Positions 62,697 to 64,000 of a stretch of 64,000 nt of DNA are shown here, in pieces. The notes under the pieces were generated by a model. That model was not told the DNA's origin. It saw only the letters and a list, made by a program, of their open reading frames with translations, and searched no databases. Position 1 is the stretch's first letter. Each line of letters begins with the position of its first letter. The translations under genes were made by a program, and so were the position numbers. Location: contig PLLE01000041.1 of the NCBI GenBank assembly GCA_003141245.1, positions 175,329 to 239,328 on the forward strand, in the 5' to 3' direction. This DNA comes from Chloroflexota bacterium (GTDB taxonomy: Bacteria > Chloroflexota > Limnocylindria > Limnocylindrales > CSP1-4).

Positions 62697-64000
62697 TCAG
62701 ACCTCCACCACGACCGGGAAGACGAGAGGCCGTCGCCGTGTCTGCTCGTACAAGTACCGCGAAACCTCGTCCTTGATCTGGCTCTTGAGAAGGCCGACCT
62801 CGCTCGTCCGGTCGCCCGGGCTCTGAACCGCGGCCATGATGTGGTCGACCGTCCCCTCCATGAGCGGGTCGCTTTCGTTGCCGTGAACGAAGCCTCGGGT
62901 AACGATCTCCGGTCTGGCGACGATCTTGCCTGTCTGCTTGTCGACGGTGACGACGACGATGAACATCCCGTCGCTCGCGAGCGCGCGCCTGTCGCGCAGG
63001 ACCACCTCGCCCACGTCGCCTACCGAAAGGCCGTCCACGAGCACATAGCCCGAGGTGACCGTGCCGCCGCGGCGGGCGCTGCCGTCGGCGTAGAACTCGA
63101 TGGCCTGGCCGTTCTCGATGATGAAGACGTTTTCCGCCGCCACGCCGGTCTCCACCGCCAGACGGCCGTGCTGGACCAGCATCCGGAACTCGCCGTGGAT
63201 CGGGATGAAGTACTTGGGCCGGGTCAGGCCGAGCATCAGCTTCAGCTCTTCCTGGCTGGCATGGCCGGAGACGTGGGCGTGCTTGACGGCGTGGTAGTAG
63301 ACATTGGCTCCGGCCTTGAAGAGATTGTCGATCGTACGGGCCACGTACTCCTCGTTGCCGGGGATCGGATTGGCGCTCACGATCACGGTATCGCCCGGCT
63401 GGATCTCGACGAAGCGGTGGTCGCGGTTGGCCATGCGGGCCAGGCCGGCCATCGGCTCGCCCTGGGAGCCCGTGGTGGCGATAACGATCTTGCCCGAGGC
63501 CATCGATCCGATCTGATCCTTGCCGACCACCTGGCCCGGTGCGTGGGTGAGGTAGCCGAGATCGGTCGCGATCCGGAAGTTCTGCTCCATCGAGCGGCCG
63601 ACGACTGCCACGCGCCGGTCGAAGGTCGCGGCGGCGTCGATGACCTGCTGGATGCGGGCGATGTTGCTGGCGAAGGTGGCCACGATGACCCGGCCGTCGA
63701 GCGGCTCCATGATCTCGCGGAAGGTCTCGCCCACCGTACGTTCCGAGAGCGTGTAGCCGGGGCTCTCGGCTCGAGTCGAGTCGGAGAGCAGGCAGATCAC
63801 CCCGTCCGCGCCCAGCCTGGAGAGCATCGCAAAGTCGGACCGCCGGCCGTCCACCGGCGTGTGGTCGAACTTGAAGTCGCCCGTCGTAACGACGGTGCCG
63901 ACCGGCGTGTGAAGCGCCATCCCCATCGCGTCCGGGATCGAGTGGCTGATCCGGAACGGCTCGACCCGGAACGGCCCGATCTCGAGGTTGTCGCCCGGAT
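62697..64000 (-). CDS. rnj: Ribonuclease J (N-terminal part lies beyond the window end)
   Basis: GDFKFDHTP...LLSDSTRAE...HVSGHASQEELKLML...PKYFIPIHGE, with beta-CASP and C-terminal domains. The frame is open to base 64000. Confidence 0.92.
   Translation of the reverse strand, partial: PGDNLEIGPFRVEPFRISHSIPDAMGMALHTPVGTVVTTGDFKFDHTPVDGRRSDFAMLSRLGADGVICLLSDSTRAESPGYTLSERTVGETFREIMEPLDGRVIVATFASNIARIQQVIDAAATFDRRVAVVGRSMEQNFRIATDLGYLTHAPGQVVGKDQIGSMASGKIVIATTGSQGEPMAGLARMANRDHRFVEIQPGDTVIVSANPIPGNEEYVARTIDNLFKAGANVYYHAVKHAHVSGHASQEELKLMLGLTRPKYFIPIHGEFRMLVQHGRLAVETGVAAENVFIIENGQAIEFYADGSARRGGTVTSGYVLVDGLSVGDVGEVVLRDRRALASDGMFIVVVTVDKQTGKIVARPEIVTRGFVHGNESDPLMEGTVDHIMAAVQSPGDRTSEVGLLKSQIKDEVSRYLYEQTRRRPLVFPVVVEV

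Noticed and set aside
1-64000. A search for CRISPR arrays, rRNA or tRNA genes, transposases and integrases.
   Set aside because: I saw no regularly spaced short repeats, no rRNA-like or cloverleaf sequences and no recombinase or transposase motifs in any long ORF. The scan was manual, so small features could have been missed.

Overview
This window is a high-G+C bacterial chromosome segment; no rRNA, tRNA, CRISPR array, integrase or transposase was recognised by eye. The rny-ymdB pair, RNase J and a RodZ-like gene suggest a terrabacterial or Chloroflexota-like lineage, but this cannot be settled from the sequence.

The flanks are housekeeping.
- Left, 1-21.8 kb: ruvC-ruvA-ruvB-tgt, recA-recX-rny-ymdB, a PHP phosphoesterase, miaB-miaA, a divergent EAL/GGDEF pair, an ECF sigma/anti-sigma pair, hflX, a methyltransferase and a polyprenol-P-mannose synthase.
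- Right, 43.5-64 kb: a PIG-V-like membrane mannosyltransferase, a lipoprotein, GNAT, a P-loop ATPase, pfk, a radical SAM/SPASM enzyme, csbD, pncB, a TPP enzyme, yajQ, murC, cinA/pncC, a rodZ-like gene, ftsK and rnj.

The centre (about 21.8-43.5 kb) is a mosaic accessory/defence island.
- It carries a complete Type I R-M system (hsdM-hsdS-[vapB-vapC]-hsdR) with the VapBC pair embedded where E. coli prr loci carry prrC.
- It also carries an Mrr-type endonuclease and a Fic protein.
- There are five or six toxin-antitoxin modules or their remnants: AbrB/RelE-like, HTH/164-aa partner, VapBC, HigBA, ParDE and an orphan XRE.

The best candidates for something undescribed:
1. A lower-GC block at 23.6-27.6 kb has a translationally coupled DUF2188 gene and a TIR/NDT-like gene. 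They converge on a soluble Ser/Thr kinase with an unrecognised 210-aa C-terminal domain, next to Mrr.
2. A 145-nt interspersed repeat family has three full copies and one truncated copy, all in the same orientation. The copies delimit cassette-like genes and abut truncated higB/higA fragments.
3. Two paralogous candidate structured RNAs flank the ppm1 gene. They share a leader and a terminal helix that shows a compensatory base-pair change.
4. A 17-nt GAAC-N4-GTTC operator occurs twice, once in front of ruvB and once as an orphan.

All functional calls come from reading the translated motifs by eye. No database search was run.
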